Positions 1 to 16,300 of a stretch of DNA of 64,000 nt are shown here, piece after piece; position 1 is the stretch's first letter; every line of letters begins with the position of its first letter. Both the position numbers and the translations under genes were made by a program. This DNA comes from Eledone cirrhosa (Eukaryota), in contig OZ024745.1 in NCBI GenBank assembly GCA_964016885.1, forward strand, positions 127,162,001-127,226,000, given 5' to 3'. The notes under the pieces are model-generated. The model was not told where the DNA came from, made no database searches, and was given only the letters and a program-made list of their open reading frames with translations.

Positions 1-2520
<2,520 letters not shown>

Positions 2521-3477
2521 TACCAGTGGTGTTGTGTGTCTACGTGCACACGTACATATGAGCTAATGGTGTCTTCCTTTCACATCTTACACATTACGTT
2601 TATTTCACACGAATTCGTTCACATCAATCTACACATATAGAAAAAAAATTATGTTGCAGGAGAGTGAGCCCTTTAAATCGGTGGCGTGTGTGTGTGCCTG
2701 TGTGTATGTATGAGTGTGTATGAGTGTGTGAGAGTGTGTGTGTGTGTTGCTGTAGTGGTGGGAGGGATGTAAGGAAGAAAAACCAATGTGTTGATAGATA
2801 CCAGATGCTCCTTCATAAAATAAACCCAGAATCCGTTTGTCATTGATGGGGTTTATGTGTAGGAGACAAGATCTACAAGAGAAATTTTGCAAGGCAGAAC
2901 AAGGCTGCTTTTAGATCCCTTGGGCAGAGATGGGGTGGTCCTACCAAAATTCGAGAAGGCTGAGAATGTTTTGGTGGGTTTTTTGTGTGTGGGTGGGAGG
3001 GTGTTAGATATTCTCAGGAACCACTTTCGCTTTACGAGTCACAGACAGATGTACCAGCTGACCCCCGACTTTTTGGACCTGATAGGAGAACTTGAAAGAA
3101 AGAGAGAGAAAGTGGGGAGAAAGAGAGAGAGGCGGTGGGTAGAAAGAGGGAGAAGAAAGAGAGAGAGGGGGTAGAAAGAGGGGAAGAAAGAGAGAGAGGG
3201 TAGAAAGAGGGGGAAGAAAGAGAGAGAGGGGGTAGAAAGAGGGGGAAAAAAGAGAGAAAGGTGGTAAAAAGAGGGGGAAGAGAGAGAGGGAGTAGAAAGA
3301 AGGGGAATAAAGAGAGAGAGAGGGGGTAGAAAGAGGGAGGAAGAAAAAGAGAGAGAGAAGTTGAGATGATGCTAAACTATCATAAAAGGAGATCAGCTGT
3401 TCGTCACGTGATGTGCTCTCTTACCTGGAAGGGCGAATCTATCCAACTTCAAATAGATATCGTAAGGTGGTTGTTGA

Positions 3478-3624
3478 TTGCAGCATAGAGTTACGGCCCT
3501 TTACGGTTTGAGTTCAAATCTCGCCGAGGTTAACTTTGCCTTTCATCCTTACGAGGTCGATAAAATAAAATACCAGTAATAAACTGGGATAATTGCTGGC
3601 CTTGTACCAAAAGTAGAAACAATT
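3478..3624 (+). mobile_element. tRNA-derived SINE family 1, 5'-truncated
   Basis: B-box gagttcaaatc, core gcctttcatccttacggggtcgataaaataaagtaccag, tail ccttgtgccaaaagtagaaacaatt; about 20 copies in window. Confidence 0.85.
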
Positions 3625-3938
3625 GAATGAATGAATCAGTAATCTTAGTCAGGTAATAATACAGTGGGATACAATTTTGACTGGAACTTAAATTTCTGAT
3701 GAAACAGAAAACTAAATAAATTTTCAAAAATCTAATTCAACTTTTCAGAGAGTTGCTTAACAAATTGTGAAGAAGAAATTTGAAGCAAATCTCCTATCAA
3801 AATAAGTCATATCCTTTTTATGTTTCCTATCATATCTGATAATGTCTTCACTGATGTAATCTATGATCGTGAAACCTAATATTAATTATTTAAACATAAG
3901 TCGGCGTATTTATAGAGTTAATATTTAAAATTAAGTCT

Positions 3939-4397
3939 TTTCTGATTTAGGCACAAGGACAACAATTTGGGGGGAGGGGTGAGTCGATTAAATTGACTCC
4001 AGTGCGTTATTGGTTCTATCAACCCTATAAGGATGAAAGGCAAAGCTAACCGTGGCAGGATTTGAACTCAGAACATAAAGAGCCGTAACTCTGTACTGCA
4101 AAGCGTATTGTCCGACGTTCTACATATACTGCCAATCCACCGCCCTAATATTTAAAATTAATAATGGTTTCTGATTTAGGCAAAAGGCCAACAATTTTTT
4201 TTGGGGGGGGGGGGGGGGAGACGTTGATTAAATTAACACCAGTGCGTTACTGGTACTTTATTTTATCGAGTCCGCAAGGATGTAAGGCAAAACTAACTTC
4301 GGCGGGTTTTGAACAGAGAACGCAAAGGGTCGCAACTAGATGCTGCAAAGCATGTTATCTGCAAAACTCTCTACCGATACTGCCAATCCACCACCCT
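3939..4397 (-). mobile_element. Two tandem SINE family 1 copies (3939-4146, 4165-4397)
   Basis: Reverse complement of SINE1 consensus twice. Confidence 0.85.
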
Positions 4398-4417
4398 CAT
4401 AGTTAAAATGAATAATA

Positions 4418-4494
4418 CAGGGTGCCGCAAAATTACCTCCCACATTTTAAGGGTTGAACGCGTAAAATATGGTAGGTTTTACTGTCGTACCCTG
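4418..4494. mobile_element. Tiny Tc1/mariner MITE (similar one at 43684-43766)
   Basis: TA cagggtg ... taccctg TA. Confidence 0.6.
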
Positions 4495-4780
4495 TATAAA
4501 TTATCTATAGAGTTAATGGGCATGCCTGTTACACGGAAACTTAATAGTAAGCAATTGCATAGTGTTGTAATAAACCAAGAATTGTTTATTAATTAAAATT
4601 AAACCTTCGTTTTTTTAAATAACATATTCTGGTCAGAAAAGAAGGGAAGATAGCCCTGAACTTTTAATGAAAAATTAATTAAATATTGAATGCAATGTGG
4701 AGTGAGTTTAATCTTCAATTGGAATGTGATAACTTCAGTTATGTTTCAGCTTTATTTTCTTAGCGAAGTATAGCCTAGCT

Positions 4781-4938
4781 CAGTGTTTCTCAATGTAGCA
4801 ATATTTTTGTGGGGGCGAGAGATTTCGGAATGGGGTGTATATAGCATCATATACACTAGCTTTGTATGGTTATGGTGGGGCGAAGGTTTTTTTATTATTA
4901 AAATGGGGCGTAGGACAAACAAAGGTTAAGAAATACCA
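4781..4938. mobile_element. hAT MITE
   Basis: cagtgtttctcaa / ttaagaaatacca ends; TSD gcctagct/gcctaact. Confidence 0.7.
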
Positions 4939-5863
4939 GCCTAACTGTTACTACAGATATTAGCTGGCAAAGAAAGTATTTAGGATTTTGTGAATGAACA
5001 CAATGAGTATCGTTCTAAATTGAAGTAATAACGTGACAGAATTGTTATCTTATAACAAACCTATTGAAATGTTTTGAATAGAAAATGTAGCTCTTAAATA
5101 TTTAAGGAATTGTAACATTTCACGGCTGAGCAAACTGACAGCTTTTTTACGTATTTAATGGAATTCGTCAAATACGTTTGTGAGATGAGGTGAATTCTGA
5201 CCTTTCAAGCAGGGCCTTCGAATAAATGTGGAGAATTTCATAGTTCCTTAAGTTCTTTTGTTTTCTAGCTTATTTAATCATTATATATTCGTTTATCTAT
5301 TCACAGTCATGATTTGTTTCCTCTCATAAACGTATTGTACAATTTTACTTCTTTCATACTTACATTTCTGTAACTATATCGGGCACCCAGTTTCTGAGGA
5401 AACATAAGACATTTTTCTTTCTCTTGATACCCAATATTCCTACCCAAATTCCTTTCAACTGCCAATATATTTCAAAGATTTTTATAATGCCTTAAATACT
5501 CGAAACTAGAGTATTAACTTCCAGTGAACCAAGCCTAATTATTTTGGTACTGAACTGCCTGAAACCACCTTTGATTTGATTTTACAATATAAAACTTTTT
5601 GTTTTAAAGTGTTTATACTAACCCCCACCCACCCATAACAATTTATGTATGAACCTTTAAATTACTACGGGAGTTCCCCCGAGGGTCTTTTGAGTAACCA
5701 GGTAGAGTTACTACTTCTCCGAATTGTCAATGACAGCGATAGTCAAAAATTCCTCAAATGACATTTGAACCCATCGCTGTCATTGACAGTATTTAGCTGT
5801 TTTAACGGCTGTTCGAGCGATAAGTTTTCTAATTTTTATATGAATTCAAATAAAATAATAGTA

Positions 5864-6045
5864 ATAATTGTTTCTACTTTTGGCACAAGGCCAGCAATTG
5901 TCCCAGTGCATTACTGGTACTTTATTTTATCGACCCCGTAAGGATAAAAGGCAAAGTTGACCTCGGCGGGATTTGAACTCAGATCATAAAGGGCCGTAAC
6001 TCTATGCTGCAAAGCATGGCGTCCGACCCCCTTCCGATACTGCCA
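5864..6045 (-). mobile_element. SINE family 1 (other minus copies: 10022-10135, 19706-19893, 28955-29141, 32545-32740, 36630-36848, 41394-41570, 58501-58655)
   Basis: Matches SINE1 consensus. Confidence 0.88.
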
Positions 6046-6392
6046 TAGTAATAATAATGATAAAATACAATTTTATTATTGTAGACGTTTACTCCAAGCT
6101 ATCAAATATTTGTAATGGTCTCTATGAATCTGAAACTTTTTTATATAATAGCATTCTCAAATGGTTCATATTCCAGTAAAGTGTCATACTCCACTAGACA
6201 CGTAGAGTTCGGTTTCGCTACTGGTAGCTCACTGTTTACTTCTAAAGAAGGATTAAACTGGGTTATGGAGTTGAACAAAATACAATGCAAATGGAGAAAT
6301 TTGAGTTGAAACTTTCGTACAACTCAAATCGTATTTTTCAATAGCAAAAGTGATACACACGAAACGAACTAGCTGCAGTAAAAAACGATACG

Positions 6393-6476
<84 letters not shown>

Positions 6477-6525
6477 ATATATTTGTGTGCGTGTGTATAT
6501 ATGTATAAATTTAACTTCGTTTATT

Positions 6526-6580
6526 ACTGCTACATATATTTCGGTGACAGCCATCTTTGGCTGTGACCTCTTCAGGCAGT
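6526..6580 (-). ncRNA. Type I hammerhead ribozyme motif, intact core
   Basis: Minus strand: ACTGC CTGAAGA GGTCACAGCC aaagat GGCTGTCACC GAAA TATATG TA GCAGT. 5-bp stem I, 10-bp stem II (one mismatch), minimal stem III, GUA site. Confidence 0.85.
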
Positions 6581-6659
6581 CCGAATTAGTGTGGTATAGA
6601 CAAGTACATATGTTGTTGAGGTGTATAATTTTGTCAATACTCTGATATGTCCAGTTACA

Positions 6660-6754
6660 TATAGTAATAATAATAAATTTGAAGACTAAAATCCAAAGAG
6701 GGCTCGATAAAAGCAGCGATTCTTTGCTTAAACTTTAATCTGTTATTTTAATAA

Positions 6755-6816
<62 letters not shown>

Positions 6817-7025
6817 TAAAATAATAGATTAAAGTTTAAGCAAAGAATCGCTGCTTTCACCCTTAACGGGATCTTCTTCAGAAGGGTGAAAGCAGCGATT
6901 CTTTGCTTAAACTTTAATCTGTTATTTTAATAAATATTTGCTCTACGGTTCTTATATATTTGATATATATTTTCCTTATCGAGCCCTCTTTGGATTTTAG
7001 TCTTCAATTTTATTATTATTACTAT
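6660..7025. mobile_element. (TA)n-anchored fold-back element, family D (other pieces at 8837-8856, 9478-9545, 40470-40560, 51572-51810)
   Basis: Nested inverted repeats of aataataataaatttgaagactaaaatcc... and gggtgaaagcagcgattctttgcttaaactttaatctg, abutting (TA)n; same sequence recurs at the listed sites. Confidence 0.7.
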
Positions 7026-7192
7026 ATATATATATATATATATATATCATCAAAGATTAATATGGTTCATTGATTACTCAATGAATATAGTTTTACAATA
7101 GATTAAAAGCACTCTACAAGAAAGTTTTCTGGAGTTATTAATATTATTCAAAATATTAATAAATGAAGACATTCACATAATCAAAATATATG

Positions 7193-7254
7193 TTTTATTA
7201 TATATATTTCGAAGGTACTGTGCTGTTTTTTCAGTACGTCCTCGTCAGATAAAA
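7193..7254 (-). ncRNA. Type I hammerhead motif (family B), left arm of palindrome
   Basis: Minus strand: TTTTAT CTGACGA GGACGTACTG..CAGTACCTTC GAAA TATATA TA ATAAAA. Confidence 0.8.
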
Positions 7255-7370
7255 ATACATGAATTGATGTATGACATACCTCAACGGTCTTGATGGTTCA
7301 ATTCCAGTATTGCCAATACTGGAATTGAACCATCAAGACAGTTGAGGTATGTCATACATCAATTCACGCA

Positions 7371-7431
7371 TTTTATCTGACGAGGACGTACTAAAAAACA
7401 GCACAGTACCTTCGAAATATATATAATAAAA
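7371..7431 (+). ncRNA. Type I hammerhead motif (family B), right arm of palindrome
   Basis: TTTTAT CTGACGA GGACGTACT..AGTACCTTC GAAA TATATA TA ATAAAA; stem I 6 bp, palindromic TATATA in stem III. Confidence 0.8.
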
Positions 7432-7494
7432 CATATATTTTGATTATGTGAATGTCTTCATTTATTAATATTTTGATTAATATATATACATATG

Positions 7495-7558
<64 letters not shown>

Positions 7559-8734
7559 TGTGTGTCTGTGTGTGTGTCTGTGTATGTGTGTGTGCGCGTG
7601 CGCGCGCGTGTGTGTGTATGCGTGTGTGCGCATGTGTGTGTATCTGTATGTGCGTGTCTGTGTATGTATGTGTGTGCGTGCGTGTGTGTCTGTGTGTGTG
7701 CGCGTGTGTGTCTGTGTGTGTCTCTGTGTGTCTCTGTGTCTGTCTCTGTGTGTGTGTAGGTTTACACCTCGTGTGTACACTTAAGAAGTCATGATATGAA
7801 AATCTTCCAAGATCCGCTGTTAAATTAACTAATTAAGTAGGCCTTAATTAAATGGCGTCGGTTGGATTACGTCGGAGTTTCCTTTATTTCTTTTAAGTCT
7901 TGTATGTGTAGGTACGCCTGCGTTTATGTGAGCGTGTGTGTGTGCGTGTGCCATGTGTGCGTTTGTGTAAGCGTGTGTGTGTGTGTGTTTGTGGGGGCGT
8001 GTGAGTGCGTGTCTGTGCGTGTGCCATGCGTACAATGTGTCAGCGTATGGGGGGGGGGGGGCTGTGAGCTTGTGAGTGCGTGTTTGTGTGCGTGCGTCTG
8101 TGTGAACGTGTGTGTGTTTGTGGGAGCGGGTGAGTACGTGTGTTTGTGTGAGCGAGTGTGTGCGTATGTGTGCATGTGTGTGTCGTGCGTGCGGTTGTTG
8201 TATGCCATGCGTGTGCGCGTGAGCGTACGTTTGTGTGTGCCATGTGTGTTGCGTGTGCCATGCGTACGATGTGTCAGCGTGTGTGTGTGTATGTGTATGT
8301 GTGTGTGTTTGTGGTAGCGTGTTTGTGGGGAGCCTGTGAGCGCGTGTGTAAGCGTGCGTGTGAGCGTGCGTGTGAGCGTGCGTGTGAGCATGCGTGTGAG
8401 CGTGCGTGTGAGCGTGCGTTTGTATGTGCCATATGTGTGTGTGTGTGTGTTCGTGTGTACGATATGTGTGTTCTTTTAAACATTATAATACATAAAACTA
8501 GAAAATTACTTCCGTCTTGAGTTTATTCCTCCACTACATTACCCACCAACATAACAAACTGTACATAAATCGCACAAACAGTTTTAATATCGCCAAAAAT
8601 GAAAGGTTTCTTGGCTGAATAGTGCCTGCCATTTTATTTGTAAGCAATATGCGAACGTCTTTTCTGTACATCAATTTCTGCAGATATATCTTTCATGAAC
8701 GAAGCTTTCAAGTAAAAGGAATAGGATGATGAAC

Positions 8735-8797
<63 letters not shown>

Positions 8798-8836
8798 ATA
8801 TATATACAAAATTAAGATAAATCAAATGAATTTAAT

Positions 8837-9498
<662 letters not shown>

Positions 9499-9560
9499 TG
9501 AAAGCAGCGATTCTTTGCTTAAACTTTAATCTGTTATTTTAATATATATATGTATATATG

Positions 9561-9612
<52 letters not shown>

Positions 9613-9614
<2 letters not shown>

Positions 9615-9845
9615 CTTACTGAATGCGCACGTGTTTTTATTCCCATTTTTTCCTGACTTTTCCCCCCATTCCTACCTCTTATCACTCTGTACTTTCTATT
9701 TATATTCTGTTTCTAACTCTCTCTTCTGATGAAGGACTAGTGTCTGAAACGTTAACACTATCTTCTTGCTATTCCAAGCGTTAAACTAATATATCTCTTC
9801 CATATACTGTGATTTGTGTTTTGTTATTTCTGTTTAACTGTTACA
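9613..9845 (+). mobile_element. Family A hammerhead element (about 240 bp; copies 26770-26930, 36110-36345, 53975-54050; inverted tail 27058-27130)
   Basis: Pyrimidine-rich leader + hammerhead + shared tail caagcgttaaactaatatat...gttatttctgttta, ending in microsatellite. Confidence 0.75.
9722..9757 (+). ncRNA. Minimal hammerhead motif (family A)
   Basis: TCTT CTGATGA A GGAC tagt GTCT GAAA CG TT AACA. Confidence 0.7.
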
Positions 9846-9978
9846 TACGCACATACATACATGCATACAGACATACATGCATAGATACATACATACATGC
9901 ATACATACATAACATACATTCATACATATACACATACATACATATATACATACATACATACATACATACATACATACA

Positions 9979-10012
<34 letters not shown>

Positions 10013-12075
10013 CATACATAAAATAATTGTTTCTACTTTTGGCACAAGGCCAGCAATTACCCAGTGTATTACTGGTACTTTATTTTATCGACCCCGTAAG
10101 GATGAAAGGCAAAGTTAAACTCGGCGGGATTTGAACATAATACATACATAAGATGATATAATATGAATAAACATTGTTATCTCAGATCGAGACGAAGCGA
10201 AAGTGTATTTGAATTCATATAAAAATGATGAAAGACATCGCTAAAATAGCCGTTGCGATGGGCAAAAATGCCTCAAAGGAAAGAGCCCAGCGGCCAGTGG
10301 TCGGCAGAGCGACAATCCATGAGGTGACAAACAGATAAAATATAGAAAATATCGAAAAAGGAGAACAAACTAAAATCAAATCAAATGTTAACGAAAAATA
10401 TTTCTAAAACTCCGAGCAACCAACGGAGAGGGTAGTACGCAGTTCATCCTTCAAGCTGCTATAGCAGCCAATTTCCCTCAATTTATATTGCTCTCTTCTA
10501 AAAATATTGGTGAGCGGAGGCTTTGTATAAGACTTGTGTCTAGAAAATAAAATAGTGACGCAGTCCCATGTTGCTAAACACTAAACCCTTGTAAAAATTA
10601 CTTAAGTAATTTTTCTTTATAAATTTGTAAAATATAAAATGTATTCCTCGTTAAGAAAAAGCTAAATATAAATGTTCAGTTTGTTGTCATAATATTTCTT
10701 CAATCCGAAAATCTATTATTTTTTTCCTTAAAAGCTCCGCTGACAAACACCAAAACCAAAAACATGGCTGGATGGATACAGGAATGGCTCAGACTTTACG
10801 TTTCGTAGTATTGGGAAGAAAATAATGATTTATAATCTAGACACAAGGTCTGTAGTTTGTAGGGAGAGGGAAAATATTTATATCGACCTTAGTATTTGGC
10901 TGGTATATATAATTATATGAGGCGGTGAATTGGCAAAGTCGTTAGAATGTCGGATAGAATGCTTTGCGGTATTCGTTCCGGCTCTCTGCTCTCTGGGATC
11001 AAATTCCACCGAGGTCAACTTTGCCGTTCATCCTTTCAAGGTCAATAAAAAAAAGTACCAGTCTACTACTCGGGTTCATTCTTCCTCTTATCTCTTTCTC
11101 ATTTTCCTCTCTCTCACTTTCTATCTTTCTCTGGAAAAAAATCTGCTGTAATCAGACATGGAGAGGGATGGGTTAGGCCGTAAAGAATGAAAGGCAAAGC
11201 CGATTTTAACATATAGGGCCGTAACTAAACGCTGCACACCACCATTCTACCAATCCCCGACGCTCATTCTTTTTCTTTTAATGAATGTTGCCTGAATTGA
11301 ATTTAATGAGTTTACCATCACAATCCCGTCACTCTATCTACTTCCAGAAGTTGGAGAAAAGAGCATGTTGGCATTTTTGTATGTCTATTAACTGTTACAT
11401 AAAAGGCGGTGGGTTGGCGGAGTCGTTAGAACGTCGGATAGATTGCTTACTAAGCTCTCTGACTTCAAATCCCGCCGAGGTCAACTTTGTCTTTCATCCA
11501 TTTAAGGTTGATATAAATTACCAGTCAAGTACTGGGGGTCAATTCTCCTATATCTCTTTCTTCTTCTTCTTCTTCTTCTTCTTCTTCTTCTTCGCCCACT
11601 TATTCCTGAGAGGGTCGTGGAGGCAGAGTCATAAAACACTCCTTCCAGATGGTCCTGTCAGAAGCAACCGTGTACAACTGATCCGCCTTGATCCCCAATG
11701 ATCCCCATGATCAGCCAAGCTCATGGATGTTATCTAACTATCTTACTCTGGGTCTAGCCCTGGGTCTCCTACCTGTCAGTTTTACCCCTGGGTCTCCTAC
11801 CTGTTGGTTTCGACCGTAAAATCTGTCCAGCGATTCTTTCCTGAGACATTCTAACCACATGCCCTCCATAGTATCGGAGCTGTGGTCTCTCAATTCAGAG
11901 AAGTAGTGACTCTACCTGGAGTGACTCTACCTGGAGTGACTCTACCTGGAGAGACTCTCTCATCTCCGAGCTACACTCTATCGAGTAACGTGACTCCAAA
12001 CACCCTTCCAAGGAACCCCATTTCAGCCGATGGTATTCGTGATCGTATTCTTTTGGTCATTACCTGGTTTTTAAA

Positions 12076-15000
12076 ATGATAGTGATGATGTTGGTGATAG
12101 TGATGGTGGTGATAGTGATGGTGGTGATGGTGGTGGTAGTGATGGTGGTGATAGTGGTGATGGTGGTGTTGGTGGTAGTGGTGGTGGTGATGGTGGTGAT
12201 GGTGGTGGTAGTGATGGTGGTGATGGTGGTGATAGTGGTGGAGATGGTGTTGGTGGTAGTGGTGATAGTGATGGTGGTGATGGTGGTGGTAGTGATGGTG
12301 GTGATAGTGGTGGAGATGGTGTTGGTGGTAGTGGTGATAGTGATGGTGGTGATGGTGGTGATAGTGGTGGAGATGGTGTTGGTGGTAGTGGTGATAGTGA
12401 TGGTGGTGATGGTGGTGGTAGTGATGGTGGTGATAGTGGTGGAGATGATGTTGGTGATAGTGATGGTGGTGATAGTGGTGGAGATGGTGTTGGTGGTAGT
12501 GGTGATAGTGATGGTGGTGATGGTGGTGGTAGTGATGGTGGTGATGGTGGTGATAGTAGTGGAGATGGTGTTGGTGGTAGTGATGGTAGTGATGGTGGTG
12601 ATAGTGGTGGAGATGGTGTTGGTGGTAGTGATGGTGGTGATAGTGGTGGAGATGGTGTTGGTGGTAGTGGTGATAGTGATGGTGGTGATGGTGGTGGTAG
12701 TGATGGTGGTGATAGTGGTGGAGATGATGTTGGTGATAGTGATGGTGGTGATAGTGGTGGAGATGGTGTTGGTGGTAGTGGTGATAGTGATGGTGGTGAT
12801 GGTGGTGGTAGTGATGGTGGTGATAGTGGTGGAGATGATGTTGGTGATAGTGATGGTGGTGATAGTGGTGGAGATGGTGTTGGTGGTAGTGGTGATAGTG
12901 ATGGTGGTGATGGTGGTGGTAGTGATGGTGGTGATGGTGGTGATAGTAGTGGAGATGGTGTTGGTGGTAGTGATGGTAGTGATGGTGGTGATAGTGGTGG
13001 AGATGGTGTTGGTGGTAGTGATGGTGGTGATGGTGGTGATAGTGGTGGATGTGGTGTTGGTGGTAGTGATGGTAGTGATGGTGGTGATAGTAGTGGAGAT
13101 GATGTTGGTGGTAGTGGTGGTGGTGATGGTGGTGATAGTAGTGGAGATGATGTTGGTGGTAGTGGTGGTGGTGATGGTGGTGATAGTAGTGGAGATGATG
13201 TTGGTGGTAGTGGTGGTAGTGATGGTGGTGATAGTAGTGGAGATGATGTTGGTGGTAGTGGTGGTGGTGATGGTGGTGATAGTAGTGGAGATGATGTTGG
13301 TGGTAGTGGTGGTGGTGGTAGTGGTGATAGTAGTGGAGATGGTGTTGGTGGTAGTGGTGGTGGTGATGGTGGTGATAGTAGTGGAGATGGTGTTGGTGGT
13401 AGTGATGGTGGTGATGGTGGTGATAGTAGTGGAGATGATGTTGGTGGTAGTGGTGGTGGTGATGGTGGTGATAGTAGTGGAGATGATGTTGGTGGTAGTG
13501 GTGGTGGTGGTAGTGGTGATAGTAGTGGAGATGGTGTTGGTGGTAGTGGTGGTGGTGATGGTGGTGATAGTAGTGGAGATGGTGTTGGTGGTAGTGATGG
13601 TGGTGATGGTGGTGATAGTAGTGGAGATGATGTTGGTGATAGTGATGGTGGTGATAGTAGTGGAGATGGTGTTGGTGGTAGTGATGGTGGTGATGGTGGT
13701 GATAGTGGTGATAGTAGTGGAGATGGTGTTGGTGGTAGTGATGGTGGTGATGGTGGTGATAGTAGTGGAGATGGTGTTGGTGGTAGTGATGGTGGTGATG
13801 GTGGTGATAGTAGTGGAGATGGTGTTGGTGGTAGTGATGGTGGTGATAGTGGTGATAGTAGTGGAGATGGTGTTGGTGGTAGTGATGGTGGTGATGGTGG
13901 TGATAGTGGTGATAGTAGTGGAGATGGTGTTGGTGGTAGTGATGGTGGTGATGGTGGTGATAGTAGTGGAGATGGTGTTAGTGGTAGTGATGGTGGTGAT
14001 GGTGGTGATAGTAGTGGAGATGGTGTTGGTGGTAGTGGTGGTGGTGATGGTGGTGATAGTAGTGGAGATGGTGTTGGTGGTAGTGGTGGTGGTGATGGTG
14101 GTGATAGTGGTGGAGATGGTGTTGGTGGTAGTGGTGGTGGTGATGGTGGTGATAGTAGTGGAGATGGTGTTGGTGGTAGTGATGGTGGTGATGGTGGTGA
14201 TAGTGGTGGAGATGGTGTTGGTGATAGTGATGGTGGTGATAGTGGTGATAGTAGTGGAGATGATGTTGGTGATAGTGATGGTGGTGATAGTAGTGGAGAT
14301 GGTGTTGGTGGTAGTGATGGTGGTGATGGTGGTGATAGTGGTGATAGTAGTGGAGATGGTGTTGGTGGTAGTGATGGTGGTGATGGTGGTGATAGTAGTG
14401 GAGATGGTGTTAGTGGTAGTGATGGTGGTGATAGTGGTGATAGTGGTGGAGATGGTGTTGGTGGTAGTGATGGTGGTGATGGTGGTGATAGTAGTGGAGA
14501 TGGTGTTAGTGGTAGTGGTGGTGGTGATGGTGGTGATAGTAGTGGAGATGGTGTTGGTGGTAGTGATGGTGGTGATGGTGGTGATAGTAGTGGAGATGGT
14601 GTTGGTGGTAGTGATGGTGGTGATGGTGGTGATAGTAGTGGAGATGGTGTTAGTGGTAGTGATGGTGGTGATGGTGGTGATAGTAGTGGAGATGGTGTTG
14701 GTGGTAGTGATGGTGGTGATGGTGGTGATAGTAGTGGAGATGGTGTTGGTGGTAGTGGTGGTGGTGATGGTGGTGATAGTAGTGGAGATGGTGTTGGTGG
14801 TAGTGGTGGTGGTGATGGTGGTGATAGTAGTGGAGATGGTGTTGGTGGTAGTGATGGTGGTGATGGTGGTGATAGTAGTGGAGATGGTGTTGGTGGTAGT
14901 GGTGGTGGTGATGGTGGTGATAGTAGTGGAGATGGTGTTGGTGGTAGTGATGGTGGTGATGGTGGTGATAGTAGTGGAGATGGTGTTGGTGGTAGTGGTG

Positions 15001-16300
15001 GTGGTGATGGTGGTGATAGTAGTGGAGATGGTGTTGGTGGTAGTGATGGTGGTGATGGTGGTGATAGTAGTGGAGATGGTGTTGGTGGTAGTGATGGTGG
15101 TGATGGTGGTGGAGATGGTGTTGGTGGTAGTGGTGGTGGTGGTGATAGTAGTGGAGATGGTGGTGATGGTAGTGTTGGTGGTAGTGATGGTGGTGATGGT
15201 GGTGATAGTAGTGGAGATGGTGTTGGTGGTAGTGATGATAGTGATGGTGGTGATAGTAGTGGAGATGGTGTTGGTGGTAGTGATGGTGGTGATAGTGGTG
15301 GAGATGGTGTTGGTGGTAGTGATGGTAGTGATGGTGGTGATAGTGGTGATAGTAGTGGAGATGGTGTTGGTGGTAGTGATGGTGGTGATAGTGGTGGAGA
15401 TGGTGTTGGTGGTAGTGATGGTGGTGATGGTGGTGATAGTGGTGATAGTAGTGGAGATGGTGTTGGTGGTAGTGATGATAGTGATGGTGGTGATAGTAGT
15501 GGAGATGGTGTTGGTGGTAGTGATGGTAGTGATGGTGGTGATAGTGGTGATAGTAGTGGAGATGGTGTTGGTGGTAGTGATGGTGGTGATAGTGGTGGAG
15601 ATGGTGTTGGTGGTAGTGATGGTGGTGATGGTGGTGATAGTGGTGATAGTAGTGGAGATGGTGTTGGTGGTAGTGATGATAGTGATGGTGGTGATAGTAG
15701 TGGAGATGGTGTTGGTGGTAGTGATGGTGGTGATAGTGGTGGAGATGGTGTTGGTGGTAGTGATGGTGGTGATGGTGGTGATAGTAGTGGAGATGGTGTT
15801 GGTGGTAGTGATGGTGGTGATAGTGGTGATAGTAGTGGAGATGGTGTTGGTGGTAGTGATGGTGGTGATGGTGGTGATAGTAGTGGAGATGGTGTTAGTG
15901 GTAGTGGTGGTGGTGATGGTGGTGATAGTAGTGGAGATGGTGTTGGTGGTAGTGATGGTGGTGATAGTGGTGATAGTAGTGGAGATGGTGTTGGTGGTAG
16001 TGATGGTGGTGATGGTGGTGATAGTAGTGGAGATGGTGTTAGTGGTAGTGGTGGTGGTGATGGTGGTGATAGTAGTGGAGATGGTGTTAGTGGTAGTGGT
16101 GGTGGTGATGGTGGTGATTGTAGTGGAGATGGTGTTGGTGGTAGTGATGGTGGTGATAGTGGTGATTGTAGTGGAGATGGTGTTGGTGGTAGTGGTGGTA
16201 GTGATGGTGGTGATAGTAGTGGAGATGGTGTTAGTGGTAGTGGTGGTGGTGATGGTGGTGATAGTAGTGGAGATGGTGTTGGTCGTAGTGGTGGTGGTGA
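12076..16300. repeat. 4.2-kb triplet-based minisatellite (GTG/ATG/ATA/GTA, about 54-bp period)
   Basis: Recurring gagatggtgttggtggtagtg unit. Confidence 0.95.

Larger units (their letters stand above)
7148..7476. mobile_element. Palindromic element, family B (about 165-bp arms, centre 7313)
   Basis: Near-perfect inverted arms, each with a hammerhead, ending in TA/TG microsatellite; unfolded relative at 21476-21755. Confidence 0.8.

Noticed and set aside
2887-3174. 95-aa ORF as upstream exon of the SRCR gene
   Set aside because: No SRCR motif or convincing splice sites; runs into a purine repeat. The missing SRCR N-half exon was not found in the window.
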